64,000 nt of DNA from contig OZ024744.1 of assembly GCA_964016885.1 (NCBI GenBank), forward strand, positions 69,192,001 through 69,256,000, read 5' to 3'. The notes under the pieces were generated by a model. It saw nothing but the letters and a program-made list of their open reading frames with translations, searched no databases and was not told the DNA's origin. This stretch comes from Eledone cirrhosa (taxonomy: Eukaryota). Each line of letters starts with the position of its first letter. The stretch's first letter is position 1. Below, piece by piece: positions 58,291-64,000 of this stretch. Made by a program: the position numbers and the translations under genes.

Positions 58291-59052
58291 ATAATAATAA
58301 CAATTGTTTCTACTTTAGGCACAAGGCCAGCAATTACCCAGTGCATTAATAATAATGAGTTATATTAATGTGAATCTTTAACTCCATTTTTTAATTTGAT
58401 ATATATGTATACATATATTGTTATACTTGGGGAGGGTCATATTTGCGTAATATTGCCAGAATTAATAACAGAACACACTCACTGTTTGGTTCTGTTATTA
58501 ATTTATTTAAATCCCCAAGTATAACAATATCTGTTTCGACACACGATTTCATATAAAAAACCTCGCAAAACTAACTCATCGCCGCTATGTATACATATAT
58601 ATGTAGACATATATATGTGTGTGTGTGTGTGCGTGTGTATGTGTGTATTATATACAGGTAATTTCATGATAAACTCTCCGCACCCTGCACCATCCAGTCA
58701 CAGACATAGCAGCAATGCGGTTCAGAAATTCGCTTCGCAGCTACTTGGTTTTTGTGTTTAATCCCACTGTGTCAACTATATTCTTTTATAGACTCGGGTG
58801 GGTCAATCAAAGCATTATCGGGACCTTTCCTATTATTATGTTATTATTTGGTTGACTCTATTCATTGTTCTGTCTTTCGAAATGCCCCGTATTGTTGGTG
58901 TGTCTTTAGCGTGGTTCACTCTGATGTAAGAAACACGGACCATATTTCTGTAAAACCCTTCTTACTGCTAAGATAATACGCGCTTCCCTTCTTACATTTT
59001 ATGTCATTAAAAAAAAAGTCAACATTTCTCTCTCTTTCCCTCTCCCCGTTCT

Positions 59053-59100
<48 letters not shown>

Positions 59101-59214
59101 TTATCTATCTATTTAGCTATAACGAAGAGGGGACACACAAGGACAAAATAGTCAATGAGAAAGTCACCCTTACTAAACTAAACTAACAGTGGAATGGATA
59201 AGTTACCTAACTTA

Positions 59215-59320
59215 TAATTGTTTCTAGATTTGGCACAAGGCCAGCAATTTGAAGGAAAGGCAGAAAAGTGGAATAAATCAACCCCCTGTGTATTACTGGT
59301 ACTTTATTTTATCGGCCTTC
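59215..59320 (-). mobile_element. SINE 3' half
   Basis: Reverse complement reads GATAAAATAAAGTACCAG...GCTGGCCTTGTGCCAAATCTAGAAACAATT. Confidence 0.7.
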
Positions 59321-59635
59321 GTAATCAACACAGATTTTAATAATAAGTACTGGCGTTGATATGATCGACTCTGATCCCCTAATGCCCTAGCATGACTACA
59401 GTCTGATGACACAAACCAGTAAATGAATAAAAGGATATATTTAATTAGTTAATTTAGCATCTATGTACCTGACTTATCATAAAACCCAAATTCAAACTTA
59501 ACTGGTGCGTGTGATTTTAATGACAGCATGACCCACTGAAAGTTTAACAATATAATTTTCAACACACGATTTCACATAAATATTCTTGCAAAACCAATAC
59601 AAAAACTAACCGTATGTATGTATATATGAATGGAT

Positions 59636-60245
59636 GTCAGGTCACCAGTTGGTGCTACTAGTAACATGTATTCCAGTACAACCTGTCTCGTGGTCGGGTC
59701 GTTGGCGACTAAACTGGCAACCCCACCAAGGTTTCTTGGTGAGGAGGGTGACTTTGGACATCCTGCAGGACTAAAAACAAAACCTGTCAAAGGGCAAAGG
59801 AGCTCTTAAGAGTCAATGGCCATCCAAAATCCCCGGGAGAGATGACCCCTTAGCCTTTGTCAAGGCAGAATTCTAGGAGAAGGAAAACTCTGATATAACA
59901 CCTGCAACCCTGATGGTATCCAATGATGTTGACTTGTTCTTCTTTTTGGTAAATATCATCTTGGTTAAGAGAGTGGGACTGGCTTTGTGCAGTGCCTTTG
60001 CTCACTATAAAAGCTTCACGGCACAGGCATTGCTTTATATCTGGAGATCTCTCTGCACTTGTCGTCACATGGTACCATGGGCCCAGCACTGTGTGTCAAT
60101 AATTGTCACAAGTGTAGTGTTTGTACCAGAGTTTTCAAGTCACTGGCTGGACTAAAAAGTCACACTCGTTCAGCGCATCGGTAGGGGTTCTCCTACATGG
60201 ATATAAAGTAGTGGCCGTACTCGAAAACGAGTTGGCAGCCACCAT
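59636..60245 (+). mobile_element. Solo full-length copy of the array unit, in opposite orientation
   Basis: Near-identical to the array units, with TATG-like repeats on both flanks. Confidence 0.92.
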
Positions 60246-60396
60246 GAATGTATGTATGCATGTATGTATGTATTTGCATGTATGATATGCATTCATACAT
60301 ACGTACACACAAACAGACCCACGCGCAAATACACACATATTAATACAGTTTCAATCGAATGGATCTAGTAGTTTCATAGTTTCTGGTGATAAAGGT

Positions 60397-60468
<72 letters not shown>

Positions 60469-60747
60469 AAAAGAGAAAACATAGGTAAGCATTAAGAAAA
60501 GGATTTTATCCAGGTATTTACGACCGTTTCATTGGTAAGTGCAACCTTATATTGCTATACTGCAAATAACAGCCACTCAATGATAACTTGTGGAGTTACC
60601 CCTAACCGTACGTTGAAACCGTCCATGAAACTGGCTTTCTTAACCACGAATTGGATCACAATAAGCATTTTCCTGCTTCCCTAACTACAGGTTCCTTATC
60701 GGTCGAGCAACCACCTAAACATACGTCCGATTTGGACGGGCATATAG

Positions 60748-60865
<118 letters not shown>

Positions 60866-61119
60866 GTGGAATTGCTGTGTGCTGATTAGGTATCCTTTTC
60901 AGGGTCAGTGTTTAGGCGTGTCGGTTTGTGGGTGCGCGCGTGTGTTCGTATGTGTGTGTGTGTACTTGTGTAGTTGTGTGTTCGTTATGTGGTGGTTAAT
61001 CAGTTAGGTGGAACAGAAAGTGTGTCTTTACAAATTAGAAATCAAGGATGTCAAGGAAACGACAATATAAATCAATATACACCTGGTCCGAACATTCCCG
61101 TTCTCCCTATCTCTCATTC

Positions 61120-61264
61120 AGTATAGAGTTACGTCCCTTTACGGTCTGAGTTCAAATCCCGCCGAGGTTAACTTTGCCTTTCATCCTTACGGGGTCGATA
61201 AAATAAAATACCAGTAATGTACTGGGTATTTGCTGATCTTGTGCCAAAAGTAGAAACAATTATT
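61120..61264 (+). mobile_element. SINE, 5'-truncated
   Basis: Near-identical to 1418-1558. Confidence 0.85.
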
Positions 61265-61534
61265 GTGAGCAAACGGAGCCCTTCGTACTGGCCAGCCTGT
61301 GGCCCCGGTGGACAGAATAGAGAAGGCGTTTCCCCGGAGGATGGTGAGGGAGAAGCGCTGGATATGGTCGAAATTGTGGAAGGGACAAAGGTTAATGTTA
61401 CAACAAAGAAGGAATCGAAGATGCTACTACAATGGTGAAAATGAAATCAGGAATTTCTAATGCGGGGGGGGGGGTTTCAAAGTTGCAAGTATTATATTTT
61501 CTCCCCAGTTGTTCCCCCCTCTCTCTTTTTTTTT

Positions 61535-61568
<34 letters not shown>

Positions 61569-61718
61569 CTATCTACCCCTCTCACTATTTCTCTCCCCCT
61601 CTCTCTCTCTTTCTTTGCCTCTTACTTTCTATTCTTCACCGTTTCTTTTATTTTGGTGAGCGAGTTTTTGTTGTTGTTGTGGTGGTGGATGACGGCGGGT
61701 GGTTTACTACTTCTAGTG

Positions 61719-61893
61719 CAATGGTTCCTAAAGTGAATTCCGAAAAGTCGTGTCTGGGGTTCCCCGAGAAAATGTAGAGGCGTATATTTATATTTATATT
61801 ACGATCATATAAACAGTATTAGACTTTGGGGTTACCCCAAACATTTTTGAACCAAAAAGGGTTCCGCGTTTGAAAAAGTTTGGGAAAACCCTG
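61719..61893. mobile_element. hAT (Charlie-like) MITE, 175 bp
   Basis: Ends CAATGGTTCCTAAA...TTTGGGAAAACCCTG, with an 8-bp TSD TTCTAGTG/ATCTAGTG. The CTAG-centred target is typical of Charlie elements. Confidence 0.7.
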
Positions 61894-61976
61894 ATCTAGT
61901 GTATGCGTGTGTTTATGGGTGGATCGCTCCCTACCCCTGCATATGTGGTGTGTATGTGTGTGTTTGTGTGTGTTTG

Positions 61977-62009
<33 letters not shown>

Positions 62010-63059
62010 TTGTATGCTTGTGTGTGTTTGTATGTTTGTGTGTGTGTTTGTATGTGTATGTGTGTGTGTGTGTTTGTATATGTACGTGTGTGTGTGTGTG
62101 TGTTTGTATGTGTATGTGTGTGTGTGTTTGTGTGTGTATGTGTGTGTGTGTTTGTATGTGTATGTGTGTGTGTTTGTGTGTGTGTTTGTATGTGTATGTG
62201 TGTGTGTGTTTGTATGTTTGTGTGTGTGTTTGTGTGTGTGTGTTTTTGTGTGTGTGTGTGTACCTGCACGTCTGTTTGTCTCGATCCACGAGGTAGTTGT
62301 TTGCATTCTCAACCTGGGAGTGTAGATATGTGTATATGAATGAATACACTGTATGTGTGCGTATTTTTGTGTATACTTGTGCGTGTGCGTGTGTATACTC
62401 ATGAGAGTGTGTGTGTGAGCGGATGGTACGTGTGCCTGCTATGTAGCCTTCAAATGATGGGACTAAAGCGGGTAGATTAGATGTAGATCTTCGGATGGTT
62501 GTGTAATCCCGATGCTCGGTATTGGGGCTAGATTAGCGTTGTGTTGTAGGTGAACTAAGAAAAGGGAGCACTAAAAGGTAAAGGGGTTTGCATATGTGTT
62601 TAATGGGGCGGTGGTGGGGGTGATAGCACTATATGCATGTGCGTTCTGCTCAAGTGTGGTGCATACACCTATGTGTTCACTCACCCATCCACCCACCCAT
62701 TCACCCATCTACACACACAGACACAAAATCATGTGACGCCACGCAGCCACGCATTCACTCATTTACCATTTCATGCACTTCCATGCAAAACAACACACCC
62801 AAATGCACAGAAGCACATGGATGTTTATTTCCGATGGGTGTTATACATGTAGTTGGGTGCGATGTAATGGTAGGTCTGTGTCAAGGATGTGGTGTAGATT
62901 TTTGATTCGGGTCGAACGAAACTGTTTCGAGCGCGCTTGCGTGGTTAGTTGTGTTTGATCTACATGAGCGGGCGGAAGGACACGTGTCTGTGTGGATGTG
63001 CGTATTAAATAGTAGTTAATCGTGTTACACATCGGGGTCATGCGGGGAGATGTTGAGGT

Positions 63060-63330
63060 AAGTTTTGTAAATCCTGTATTTGCAGGAAGTGACGAGGTAG
63101 CTCCTTCTATTGAGCAGATGTTCCTTGGTGAACAACATATATATGATCTCTTCAAAGCAGAGGTTACACGGACAGCGGCCTCCGATATATGCTTTAGCCT
63201 TTGTTAAGATACATCATTCCAGTTTGAAGGTCGTACTGTTTACGCGTATGTCGCATACATATGTGTCTGGATAGTGTGGTAGCATTTCTACGGGATAGGT
63301 TTCTAAAGCTGTTAGTTTTGGTAGAATTTA
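63060..63330 (-). mobile_element. Degenerate PLE GIY-YIG C-terminus (Nematis-like)
   Basis: SFRN...TTLSRHI, then (frameshifted) AKAY...CNLCFEE...LLNRRS.LV.SCKY. Confidence 0.6.
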
Positions 63331-63540
63331 GTTTAAAAACCACAAGCAGTGCGAGTGTAGGGAACCGTTCTATTAATTCCTGGAGAATGTAAAAGCCGGT
63401 CAAGTCGGTTACCTTCACCGTGTCAGTCGCTCCCATGTTGATATAGAGGAGCATTTTCGTAATGGTGGGTGGCCTTCCTGGTGTAGGCGATAATTGTCGT
63501 ATACATACATACATACATACACACATACATACATACATAC

Positions 63541-63624
<84 letters not shown>

Positions 63625-63689
63625 GAGAGAGAGAGGAAAAGAGTGGGGAACCCGACGGCTGAGCTCCGGCCGTTTCGATAGCTAGATCC

Positions 63690-63834
<145 letters not shown>

Positions 63835-64000
63835 CGGATTATTGTTATGGGTAGTCCACTCAGGTGTAGTCCAGTTAGGGTACTCCGAGTAGTGGATGAT
63901 ATCAACGCTTGGCTAAGTTTGACTCAACAAGGCGTTTCCATAGTGATGCTGCGAGTACGTGGTGATTTCTATGTTGTTAACACTTGAGTAATGATAAATC

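Noticed and set aside
60465-60745. Further PLE pLTR with hammerhead after (TA)n
   Set aside because: GAAACGGTCG is present on the - strand, but no CTGANGA core was found, so support is insufficient.
61819-62402. Cys/Val- or His/Thr-rich ORFs
   Set aside because: These are translations of degenerate (TG)n repeats.

Overview
Eukaryotic, gene-free, repeat-saturated window. The SINE families and microsatellite load suggest a mollusc, probably an octopus (inference). I see no host gene. The window is a layered retrotransposon landscape in which each microsatellite class hosts its own elements. (AAT)n hosts R4/Dong-type RLE LINEs (+), Tx1-clade LINEs and an abundant tRNA-derived SINE whose 3' tail resembles the Tx1 3' end. 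(CATA)n hosts an RTE LINE tail, a second RLE LINE and an ~11-kb tandem array (A-B-B higher-order repeat) of a ~610-bp non-autonomous RTE derivative separated by (CATA)n(CAGA)n spacers. (TA)n hosts Penelope-like elements and their fold-back remnants, several with hammerhead ribozyme motifs. Also present are two hAT-type MITEs with 8-bp TSDs, a CRE-clade fragment, minisatellites and local duplications. All family calls come from motif recognition only, and no database search was run.
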